64,000 nt of DNA. Source: Promethearchaeota archaeon (GTDB lineage Archaea; Asgardarchaeota; Heimdallarchaeia; Hodarchaeales; Hodarchaeaceae). Under the pieces are notes generated by a model. It made no database searches. It had not been told where the DNA came from and saw only the letters and a program-made list of their open reading frames with translations. Position numbers and translations under genes: made by a program. Below, one piece after another: positions 10,138 through 19,342 of this stretch (positions are counted from its first letter, which is position 1; every line of letters begins with the position of its first letter). The stretch covers positions 32,001 through 96,000 of the forward strand of contig JBHLMN010000011.1 in NCBI GenBank assembly GCA_048938105.1. The letters run 5' to 3'.

Positions 10138-10175
10138 TTGAATCTCAACGAGAATGTTTTCTTATAATACCTTTT

Positions 10176-11654
10176 TTACCTTTTGAGATCTCGAAAATCT
10201 TTTTTTAATTGGGCCATTGTTTTCAAAAAATCACGATATGGTTTCCTTTTTATGCGATAATAGTTCTTAATTAATGATAGGGGAATAAGACGACAAAGAA
10301 GTCTGATAAAATACCAAGGATAAGCTCTACGGATATTTGTATTGAAAAGCCAATCTAAGCTTTTGAAATTATCATATAGATATTCTGTTAATATTTCTAC
10401 TTCTTCTGTAGTCAAGTAGGAGGTTTTTATATTTGCTGACAAAGCATCATATTTACTATAATCGTTAAGATTAGTTACCAACTTTTTTTGAAGTAAAATC
10501 TCACGAATTTGAGTATTTGGATAGGGAGTTAGTACAAAAAAAATTGGAGCATCTGCCTTTATTTGCTTAATGTAATGAAGAATATTTAAAAAATCATGAG
10601 TATTATCGTCTGGATTACCAACTATGAATCCACCTAATGAAATCGCCCTGTAACCCCTGATTTGTGCTACGACTGCTTCAGCCTTACTTGCCATATTTGA
10701 GACAGATTTTCCAATTGTTTGTAATTTGTTTTGACGTGGATTCTCTATTCCTAAGAAGAATGCGGTAAAATTGGCTTCTAAAGCTTTTTTTAACAGCTTA
10801 GGTTTATTATACAAACTTCCAACATGAGCTTGAGTGGTATAATGGATATCAGTTAGACCTCTTTCAATGATTCCTTCACAGAGGTTCTGAAAATGGTTAG
10901 AACTCAAGCTTATATTATCATCTGCAAAGAAAATTGCTTTAACTCCTTGTTTCTTACAAATCTCAATATCATTTAGTATACGCTCTATTGGATAAGTCCG
11001 AAAGCTCCGTCCATACATTTTATTTATAGAACAGAACTTACAAGCATATTTACATCCTCGGGAAGTTTCGATTACATCTGCTTTCCGTCCAAGAATATGA
11101 AATCCTTTCTTTAATAATCGGATATTTCGGTTTGGTAAATTTAAAATAGATAAATCGGTTAGAGATCTCCAAGGATTGTGAATGAACCGCCCATTATGCT
11201 GGTAGGACAAACCTTTGATGTTTTGTAAATTTGTTTCATTATTATCAAGAGCTAGAAGTAATTCTTGAAAGGTATGTTCCCCTTCTCCTTTAATAATAAA
11301 ATCTAGGTCATTTCTCCAGGAGTATCCGATTTCTTGAGGCAGCATGGAAGCATGATAACCACCCAAAGCGATTTTGATTTCTGGATCAATGGTTTTAATG
11401 AATCTTGCGATAGATCTAGCAGTTTTACTCTGAAAACTCATAGATGAGAGTCCAACAAGATCTGGTGTATGTTTTATAATCCTAGATTCTAGAAATTTCC
11501 TGAAGTTTCGCCTTATAAGGACTAGATCCGCAATAGCGACCTCATGTTCCTCATTAATATTGCCTGCTAGAGAACAAAGAGCTAAATTAGGAAGTACTGC
11601 AAAATGATGGAAAAAATATGCTGTATTAGGCATGGCTAATAATAGTACACGCAT
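10176..11654 (-). CDS. Cobalamin-binding radical SAM protein
   Basis: N-terminal B12 domain (PDLVGLS, GGYHAS, GEGE); ETSRGCKYACKFC; FADDN. Confidence 0.92.
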   Translation of the reverse strand: MRVLLLAMPNTAYFFHHFAVLPNLALCSLAGNINEEHEVAIADLVLIRRNFRKFLESRIIKHTPDLVGLSSMSFQSKTARSIARFIKTIDPEIKIALGGYHASMLPQEIGYSWRNDLDFIIKGEGEHTFQELLLALDNNETNLQNIKGLSYQHNGRFIHNPWRSLTDLSILNLPNRNIRLLKKGFHILGRKADVIETSRGCKYACKFCSINKMYGRSFRTYPIERILNDIEICKKQGVKAIFFADDNISLSSNHFQNLCEGIIERGLTDIHYTTQAHVGSLYNKPKLLKKALEANFTAFFLGIENPRQNKLQTIGKSVSNMASKAEAVVAQIRGYRAISLGGFIVGNPDDNTHDFLNILHYIKQIKADAPIFFVLTPYPNTQIREILLQKKLVTNLNDYSKYDALSANIKTSYLTTEEVEILTEYLYDNFKSLDWLFNTNIRRAYPWYFIRLLCRLIPLSLIKNYYRIKRKPYRDFLKTMAQLKKDFRDLKR

Positions 11655-11804
11655 GCATTGCTCCTCTGTATATCTACTCCAATAGAATAAATTGACAAAT
11701 CATCTGGATCGAGTTCCCTTTATCTATATTTTCATAGTCTAAGAAATCTAATTTCGAATTTCAAAGCTAAAGACTATAAACTAGAAAACAAAAGTGAACT
11801 ATTT

Positions 11805-12188
11805 GTGATTATTATGGCTGATTTGAAAGGTCTTGGACGTATTTTGGGAGCACTAGGGGGATTGATCATGATTGTGTTTGCCATCATCATAGCGGTTTCT
11901 AATCTCGCTGCTGATTTAGTAGAAGCATTTAGTGATATACTAGACTTAGCTACAATCAATGTTGCTGGACAAGCTCTAGGTTCAACCGCGTGGATCATCG
12001 CTGCTGCAATTACTCTAGTTTGTGGTGTGATAGCAATCTATGGTTATCAAAAATTATCCTCCAAAGATAAAGGAGATTTGATTTTGTGGGGGATTATCTA
12101 CATAGTTATCGGTATTGTAGGTGGAACTGTCGGAGGATTAATTGTTTTAATTGCCGGAGTTATCCTTGTAATAGATTATTTCATTTAA
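11805..12188 (+). CDS. Small Gly-rich membrane protein
   Basis: About 4 hydrophobic segments; followed by a long T-tract. Confidence 0.8.
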   Translation: MIIMADLKGLGRILGALGGLIMIVFAIIIAVSNLAADLVEAFSDILDLATINVAGQALGSTAWIIAAAITLVCGVIAIYGYQKLSSKDKGDLILWGIIYIVIGIVGGTVGGLIVLIAGVILVIDYFI

Positions 12189-12194
12189 ATACTA

Positions 12195-12218
12195 TTTTTT
12201 CTTTTTTTTCTTTTTTTT
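12195..12218 (+). terminator. Archaeal-type oligo(T) terminator
   Basis: T-runs immediately after the stop at 12188. Confidence 0.55.
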
Positions 12219-12577
12219 AGCAATAAACAGAGGTTCTTGAAAGTATAATCTAATTTTTTTGTTTGGAATTATTCAATTATCCTATTTCATCTGACTAAGC
12301 AAGAATTTATTACATGGATTGTTTTAAAGGAAAATGATGGTCAATTGATTTTGAACAAGAATATTTTTTTCTAGTTTGAATTAAACTAACAAGTTAATCA
12401 TTTTAACTTCTCAGCTTTACGGTATAATTTGCCCCTATAACTTTTTTTAAATACCCCTTAGTACCCAAGGAAATTAACACGAAAAAGTCTTCTCTAGTGA
12501 CAATAATCATCATTATATTGTGTAATTGGGTTGTAAAATTATTAAAAGGATTAGAATTACATGGGTGAGTTTGCCAA

Positions 12578-13075
12578 ATGAAAAAAGCAACGGCAGTTTG
12601 GATTACAATTATTTTTATCTCCACTGGAGTCTTAATGTATACAACTATGCATAATATTGATTCAATCAATTCAGCTGTAAATTTTGGTCTTGATATTTGG
12701 GATGTAAGTATCATAAAGAATGAAACTGGTGTTCCTGAACAATTACAAATCTCTGCTGTCGCTAGTAACCCCTCATTCTTTCAACCTTTAAAATTAGAAT
12801 CGATTCGGGGAACTGTCTATTTAAACGGACAAGAAACAAATTATCTTCGGGGATTAAAGTGGTTTTCTAAGTCTTTACAACCTCAGAGTCAGGATGAGAT
12901 TTCGTGGTCCTATGAGATTTCATCGCAAGATTTAGAATTTCTTGAAGATGCTGAAACCAATGGAATATGGAATTGGTATTTTTTCCTATCAGTAAAACTA
13001 AAAGATAGTTATCTTGAATCATCTCAACTTGATAAATCTCAACCCTTCGGAGGGGTGAACTACATAACAAAATAA
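12578..13075 (+). CDS. Membrane-anchored hypothetical protein (LEA_2-like beta sandwich possible)
   Basis: N-terminal TM, then SNPS...L..IRGTVYLNG; 3 nt gap to the next ORF. Confidence 0.75.
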   Translation: MKKATAVWITIIFISTGVLMYTTMHNIDSINSAVNFGLDIWDVSIIKNETGVPEQLQISAVASNPSFFQPLKLESIRGTVYLNGQETNYLRGLKWFSKSLQPQSQDEISWSYEISSQDLEFLEDAETNGIWNWYFFLSVKLKDSYLESSQLDKSQPFGGVNYITK

Positions 13076-13078
13076 TCA

Positions 13079-13540
13079 ATGATTGGTGGTACAATGTTAT
13101 CAATAGCGAAGAAATTTAATGATCATGTTAATGAAAATTCTTCATACATCCTTTCAATTTTTGGATCAATTATTATTACAAGCGCAATTTTTCAGCTCCA
13201 ATACTCCAAGTTGATTGATTTATCTTATGGTTGGATCTTCCTGCTTCTAAGTATTCCTCCGATTTTCACGGGAATTCTAATTGATAATGAGAAAAAGGTG
13301 TTTCATGCACTCTTTTTTTCGGTGATAGGCAGCCTTACTTTAATAACTTTTATGCGCACTTTACCAGCATTCTTAGGTATCATCTCAAATCAAGAAGATA
13401 TTTTTATTTTCCAACAAATCACAGAGACAATTCCCTTAATTTTCCTTATCTTTCCTGTTTTCATCATTGGATCAGTGATTGGTGTTGTTATCAATGAATT
13501 TCTTCTAAAATCCCCTTATAGTTCTAAGAAATCAATCTAA
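13079..13540 (+). CDS. Four-TM membrane protein
   Basis: Hydrophobic ORF, likely co-transcribed with the previous gene. Confidence 0.75.
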   Translation: MIGGTMLSIAKKFNDHVNENSSYILSIFGSIIITSAIFQLQYSKLIDLSYGWIFLLLSIPPIFTGILIDNEKKVFHALFFSVIGSLTLITFMRTLPAFLGIISNQEDIFIFQQITETIPLIFLIFPVFIIGSVIGVVINEFLLKSPYSSKKSI

Positions 13541-13896
13541 CTCTAATACAATTTATTAAACCCATTTTAGTAGAAGAAAAGGTAAAGTAGTAGAAGTATA
13601 TTTACAAATTATTATTTTTTTTATTTTCTTTATTCTACTGCTTCCGCCTCATTTATCACTAAAGATATTATTTTTTTTCTACTTCCATTAGGAATGTACC
13701 TTTTAAACACTTGAAGAAGCCATGAAATACTCTCTTCTGGAGTGAGGATAAGTTTAATTGAATAAGAAAACAATTTTCCGCGCAGTACGGGGGTCAGAAC
13801 TATCTTTTTGATTCATCAATTCATTAAAGATTAGTGTAGCCCACTTTCTTTCTATGTAATAATTCTGGAGAAAAGGATAAAGAGAAGGCGAAATAC

Positions 13897-14043
13897 TTGA
13901 CTAAAAAGGCTAAGACTCTAGAGCTGATGATATCTAGAGAAAAAATCGAGATAACATCACACTCAGAAGTACTTCACCCATTGGAACGAAAATATGGAAA
14001 AGAACCAAAAATAAATCCAAAAGATTTGTGGCATTGGCACTAA
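13897..14043 (+). CDS. 48 aa microprotein (KYGKEPKI-WxWH family, copy 1)
   Basis: TTG start after a purine-rich tract; MTKKAKTLELMISREKIEITSHSEVLHPLERKYGKEPKINPKDLWHWH*; homologous to 52137-52268; start uncertain. Confidence 0.7.
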   Translation: MTKKAKTLELMISREKIEITSHSEVLHPLERKYGKEPKINPKDLWHWH

Positions 14044-14125
14044 CTTTTGTTTCTCTTACAAATTTCTACACCACGGAGATCAATTAGAATCCTTAAACAG
14101 GGATCTATTTGAGGAAGTTCTATAT

Positions 14126-14422
14126 TTGACAAATGAGCAACAACCACTGGCTAATACTTCTGAAAAATCTTCCGAAAAAGTTCACACGGATGAAAGAGAA
14201 AGTCAAATCCTACCCATAACTACTAAATTGATACTATGGGTATTATTTTTAATGCTGGGAGTTATAGTTACCTTAATGATGCTATTTATCTCCTTAGCGT
14301 ATTGGGTAGTTACCAAAGAACCATTATTCTTGATCAGTGCAATAGTTGGGGGTTTTCTATTTGTGATTTGGGTTTACAAGAACTTATCCCCCATTCAGCG
14401 AAAAAATGAAAGGCTATATTAA
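14126..14422 (+). CDS. Small two-TM membrane protein
   Basis: 98 aa with two hydrophobic helices; gagg upstream. Confidence 0.65.
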   Translation: MTNEQQPLANTSEKSSEKVHTDERESQILPITTKLILWVLFLMLGVIVTLMMLFISLAYWVVTKEPLFLISAIVGGFLFVIWVYKNLSPIQRKNERLY

Positions 14423-14480
14423 ATTCGAGCTATGTATCAATTCTATTAAAAGAAAGAAGTATGAATAACGAATTCACACG

Positions 14481-14510
14481 TCTGAATTATTCTGAAATAT
14501 TCTGAAATAT
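14481..14510. repeat. Three tandem 10-bp units tctgaa(t/a)tat
   Basis: tctgaattat tctgaaatat tctgaaatat, read directly. Confidence 0.8.
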
Positions 14511-14543
14511 TTTCCTATATACACCCCTCTTGTTATTTAAACC

Positions 14544-15056
14544 TTACACATTTCCTGTTTTCTTTATAGGAACTATATTGAAGTGGGTTCCTTCTTTGAT
14601 ACCATATTTAGTAATTCTTTCTTTATTCTCTGGTTTAAACTTAAATTCGCCCGTATCTTTGCGGAGATGACCAACATATATTTTCTGCTCTTGACCATTA
14701 CTCCCATACCATAAATGAATAAAATTAGCGAATTGTGGTTCTTTCGAGCTAACTATCTCTAGCTTACCTAGTTTTTTTCCGTCCTCAGTTAACTCTAATC
14801 CATAACCTATAGCTGTTGGTTTGATGTCATCTGAATATAACGATGTTTGATGACTTGTTCCCCGCAATCGTTCCTCCTCTTCGTCTAAATATTCATTTGC
14901 AAGACGTGTGGCTTCTTTCACTGCTTCAATAATGGCAGAGTCATCTTTGATATCCAATTCATATTCAATCCAAATCTCCTCTGGTTCAAATTGACGCACT
15001 TGGATTTTACGACTCCGAGCAATCCTCTTAGGTACAACCCTAAATTTATCCTTCAT
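14544..15056 (-). CDS. Hypothetical soluble protein
   Basis: 170 aa ORF with normal composition; AT-rich promoter-like sequence upstream. Confidence 0.75.
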   Translation of the reverse strand: MKDKFRVVPKRIARSRKIQVRQFEPEEIWIEYELDIKDDSAIIEAVKEATRLANEYLDEEEERLRGTSHQTSLYSDDIKPTAIGYGLELTEDGKKLGKLEIVSSKEPQFANFIHLWYGSNGQEQKIYVGHLRKDTGEFKFKPENKERITKYGIKEGTHFNIVPIKKTGNV

Positions 15057-15313
15057 CCTGAATCAAACCTTTTGCTCTGACTAAGGGGTTAAGTTTATTT
15101 ATAACTATAGAAGGGAGAGATAAGTAGAAGTAATGTGTGTAAAATGTTCCTAGCATAATCATAAAACGTTCATATTACGGCTGTAAGCAGACTAAGACGC
15201 AGGATTTCCTTCCCACAGCCAAGTGGTTCTTCTTCTCATTATGATTAATATGACTCTTTTCAGAATTCTTCTTTCGAATAAACTTAGTTATAAAACAGAT
15301 CAGTATTCGAGAT

Positions 15314-16573
15314 TTAGAGCTCTTTTATGTCCGAGAGTCTCGCGTTTAAATGAGCTACTTCATTAGCTATAATGTTTGAAGTAATGAATGAAGGTTCATC
15401 TGCTGCTTGTTTCTCTAAAATTGTAATTTTCAATTGAATAGCTTCCAAAAGAATTTCAGGTGTTTTGGGATCAAGTCCTTTGATGACAGGATCAATAACA
15501 TGTAACGCGAGTTGCAGATTTCCTTGTGTTAATAGCTTCTTTGCATGGTCAAAATATGCTTCAGCATTATTTATCTTTAGGAATTCTCGAGCAACAGCAT
15601 TAGACTTAGCAGGAAATAGATCAGTAGGATTTCCCCCATCATACCACCCATGATACAGTCGATAAACCGCATGAATAGCAAATGGGTAGCATCCATAAAT
15701 TGGTTTGAGATAGGGATGTTCTTTAAACCTATCAGGATAAATCTCCAACATTTCATGGTAGATCTGTTCAAACCATTTTCCCTGATTCATTCTCTTGACC
15801 ACTTCATCATGAACAAAATGCATCACTTCAGCTGTTATCGACAAGACATCTTTGACTTTCTCTTTACTATCGATAAGAGGTCCATGGCCTGGTGCTAAAT
15901 ATTCAGCTTTTTTTAACAACATTCTTTCCATTGCCAACGCCCAATGCTTAGGATATCTCTGAACTTTGTAGGGATTCCCTACATTGGGAAAACCCGATAT
16001 TATTAAATCCCCTGAGAAAATGACTTTTTTCTCTGGAAACCAAAGCCAGATCGCATCATCAGTCTCCCCCTTATCATGAAAGAGTTCGAAAGAGAAATCT
16101 CCAAGTTTGAATGAATACTCATCTTGGATAATAATTGTCGGATCTAACGTTACACGGGCTGAAAGTCTGAAGTTACTATCATCCCCTATAACTGAGGCAA
16201 ATTGTTGACGATTTAACCATTTATGATACCCCTCAAGTATTCTATACTTTTTCCAACGATTTAGAATATTTTCATGAGCAATTATCTTAGGCATATCCCA
16301 CCCTTTCTGCTTGATTTCCTCCACAAAGGGAGTAAAACCAAAACAATGATCGAGGTGGCCGTGACTATAGATTAGGTACTTAATAGGCTTATCAGTAAGA
16401 CTTCTAAGTTGATCAAACACTAATTGACCGAATTGCTCTTGAGCAATGTCAAAAACGACTAATCCCTCATCTGTCTCAACAACACAACAGTTACCAAAAC
16501 CACCGATTAAATGACACATATCAGCGAATGATGTGGTATTTCCAAATCCTAAGAATGATAAAATCGTTTCCAT
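15314..16573 (-). CDS. Alkyl sulfatase-like metallo-beta-lactamase fold hydrolase
   Basis: SHGHLDH, GETDD, SGD, FPNVGNP, PGHG; C-terminal dimerisation region (GWYDGGNP). Confidence 0.88.
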   Translation of the reverse strand: METILSFLGFGNTTSFADMCHLIGGFGNCCVVETDEGLVVFDIAQEQFGQLVFDQLRSLTDKPIKYLIYSHGHLDHCFGFTPFVEEIKQKGWDMPKIIAHENILNRWKKYRILEGYHKWLNRQQFASVIGDDSNFRLSARVTLDPTIIIQDEYSFKLGDFSFELFHDKGETDDAIWLWFPEKKVIFSGDLIISGFPNVGNPYKVQRYPKHWALAMERMLLKKAEYLAPGHGPLIDSKEKVKDVLSITAEVMHFVHDEVVKRMNQGKWFEQIYHEMLEIYPDRFKEHPYLKPIYGCYPFAIHAVYRLYHGWYDGGNPTDLFPAKSNAVAREFLKINNAEAYFDHAKKLLTQGNLQLALHVIDPVIKGLDPKTPEILLEAIQLKITILEKQAADEPSFITSNIIANEVAHLNARLSDIKEL

Positions 16574-16741
16574 TTTATGTTTTCCTCTATTATCTCATAA
16601 TTATGAGAAAATTATAATTTCTAAAAATATGTATATTAGATCTGCATTAGAATTTTGATTTAAAATAAACCTGATTTAGCGTACTGTGTCATGCGACATA
16701 ATTAATAAATCATCTATAACAAGAAAATATTTAGCTAACCA

Positions 16742-18991
16742 ATGAATATCTCAGAAACTTTTCAAAGCGGGAATTTTAACAAGATGACAAAATCAGATTC
16801 AAAATTAACTCTTGACCATGCAAGTCTTAGCCCACAGAGCGATGTTATAGCTGGAAGTTATGGGACATGGACCTTGACCTTAACGGTAGGAATACACGGT
16901 ATAGATGATGGAGGGCACATAAAAGTCGCCTGGAGGGATGCATCTGACTGGAGAAGACCCCAACTGGGAGACCCAAAAGGCCCGAATTACACGATTGTCA
17001 CAACAACAGGAAAAGCTGATTTAAATGTTTCTTTTGAAGAGAGAGGCTATATCCGTCCTTGGAGGCCCTGTTTGACTATTACGATTTATGATGGTTATCT
17101 CGCTGAAGGAGATATTGTAACTATCATTTATGGTGATACTAGTAAGGGAGGACCTGGTTCAATGGCCCAGACGTTTGTGGAAGATAGCTTCGAGTTCCGA
17201 GTGTTAATTGATTCCTTTGGAACAGGCCAATATAGATTAATTCCTAACACACCTGTTCTTAAAGTGGTGGCTGGTGAACCCGAAGTATTAACAGTAACCA
17301 CTCCTTCAGAAACTGTGGTTGGTAGTCCTACTTGGATCTCAGTTAGAATAGAAGATAGGTGGGGGAATCCCACATCACAATATACCAAAACAATTAGCTG
17401 CTCTTCTAGTGATTCCAAGGCTTCTCTTCCAAAGTCTTACACATTCAGACTCAAAGATGGAGGTATACATCGATTCGATAAGGTTACATTCCAAACACCT
17501 GGAATTCATTATATCACGGTTTCTAATAATAAACTGAGTAGTACTAGCAATCCGATTGTGATACATGAAAAGGAATTGAATATGAGGCTTTATTGGGGAG
17601 ATTTACACGGTCAAACGGAAGAAACTGTTGGTTCAGGGACTGTTGACCAATATTTTAGCTTTGCTAGAGATGCTGCCTCCCTAGATTTCGTGGCTCATGC
17701 AGGTAACGATTTTCAAATCACCAAGGATCATTACAAAGATACGCAAAGAGTAGTTAAAGAATTTCATGACCCAACGAGGTTCATTACCTTTTTAGGGTAT
17801 GAATGGTCAGGTAATACCTCAACAGGCGGGGATCACAATGTCTACTTCCTAAATGATGACCAACCCATTCATCGTAGTAGCCATACGCAAGTAGAGGATA
17901 AATCAGATGAAGATACGGATCGATACACAATTTCACGCCTTTTAGAGACTTTTCAAGGAAGAAGTGATGTTTTAGTGATTCCTCATATAGGTGGACGACG
18001 CGCAATTTTAGATTATTATGAGTTTAATTTAACTCCATTTATAGAAATATGTTCAGTCCACGGACACTTTGAATGGTTTGCGCAAGAAGCAATGGAAAAA
18101 GGGATTAAAGTAGGGTTTATAGGGGGAAGTGATGACCACACATGTAGACCAGGAGGAGCAAAACCCACATCTATGGTGGAAGCTGTGCGTGGAGGGCTTA
18201 TGGGAACTTATGCTAAGGAATTGACCCGAGAGTCACTCTGGGAGGCATTCCGAAAGCGGCATGTTTATGCAACAACTGGAAAGAGGATCATTCTACGAGT
18301 GATGTGTGGTGACGCGATGATGGGGGACGAGGTCACCATTAATCAACCACCAACAATTTGTGTGGAAGTCATTGGAACAAATAGTTTAGAAAAAGTGGAA
18401 ATCATCCGAGGAGTGGAAATTATATACACCCATCAATTAGTCCAGTCTAAAGTAGACTCTGAAACAATTAAAATAACATGGAGTGGGGCCAGGGTGACCA
18501 CAAGACGAAGAAATACGGATTGGAGCGGTGAAATCAAGATAGACAAAGGAAAAATAATATCTGCTGAGGAATTCGCTTTTGACCTCCCTTGGCAAGGGAT
18601 AATTGAAAGGACTGAACGAAGAGTAGTTTGGTCCTCAACAACTTCAGGGGACTTTGATGGCATTATCCTAAGCCTGGAAGCATCGGAAGATGCTCATCTA
18701 TATTTCAACACGAAACCAGCTCAGTTTTCATTCCGACTAAACCAGCTAAAGGAGCCTTTGATCATAGGAGCTGGTGGAATTGAACAAAAGGTGGAAATAT
18801 CGCGTGATGCACAAGAAGAAGCACCAAAAAATGTGAAATTTGAATATATTGATCGAAAAATAAGCCCAGGTATTAACGCTTATTATGTAAGGGTTGTACA
18901 AAGCGACGGGGAAAAAGCGTGGTCAAGTCCCATCTTTGTAGATTACGATAAAAAAAAGCTAGAATATCGAAACATAGATAGAGAAATCTAA
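16742..18991 (+). CDS. DUF3604 / PHP-like metallohydrolase
   Basis: YWGDLHGQT, FLGYEWS, GDHNV, GGSDDH, YATTG, YYVRVVQSDGEKAWSSPI; true start may be ATG 16784. Confidence 0.82.
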   Translation: MNISETFQSGNFNKMTKSDSKLTLDHASLSPQSDVIAGSYGTWTLTLTVGIHGIDDGGHIKVAWRDASDWRRPQLGDPKGPNYTIVTTTGKADLNVSFEERGYIRPWRPCLTITIYDGYLAEGDIVTIIYGDTSKGGPGSMAQTFVEDSFEFRVLIDSFGTGQYRLIPNTPVLKVVAGEPEVLTVTTPSETVVGSPTWISVRIEDRWGNPTSQYTKTISCSSSDSKASLPKSYTFRLKDGGIHRFDKVTFQTPGIHYITVSNNKLSSTSNPIVIHEKELNMRLYWGDLHGQTEETVGSGTVDQYFSFARDAASLDFVAHAGNDFQITKDHYKDTQRVVKEFHDPTRFITFLGYEWSGNTSTGGDHNVYFLNDDQPIHRSSHTQVEDKSDEDTDRYTISRLLETFQGRSDVLVIPHIGGRRAILDYYEFNLTPFIEICSVHGHFEWFAQEAMEKGIKVGFIGGSDDHTCRPGGAKPTSMVEAVRGGLMGTYAKELTRESLWEAFRKRHVYATTGKRIILRVMCGDAMMGDEVTINQPPTICVEVIGTNSLEKVEIIRGVEIIYTHQLVQSKVDSETIKITWSGARVTTRRRNTDWSGEIKIDKGKIISAEEFAFDLPWQGIIERTERRVVWSSTTSGDFDGIILSLEASEDAHLYFNTKPAQFSFRLNQLKEPLIIGAGGIEQKVEISRDAQEEAPKNVKFEYIDRKISPGINAYYVRVVQSDGEKAWSSPIFVDYDKKKLEYRNIDREI

Positions 18992-19342
18992 TTATGTAAT
19001 ACAAAATACTAATCTGAAAATATTTCAAAAGGAAAGTGGGAAAATAAGTGAGAACCCCTCAAGAAGTGAGAAAGGAGCCTATAACCTGCGAACTGTCACT
19101 GCTCATTCAACTCCGATGTTTATAGAGTATGAGGAGAGGGTCGTTTTACTCATGGGAGGGGGCTTTCCAGAGAGAAAAATCTGTGCTAAACCAATAGAGA
19201 GATGATATAAAAGGAGGAAACAAAAAGTACAGTAATTTCACGCCGATCAGGTAAATTTTTATTAATACCCAATGAAAGTACATAGGTTATGTCATCACAT
19301 GCATAATAATGTAAAATGATGTTATTGAGAAGGTAATGTTTT

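Noticed and set aside
15179-15221. ggctgt/acagcc inverted repeat as a structured RNA
   Set aside because: A 6-bp stem is expected by chance; no other support
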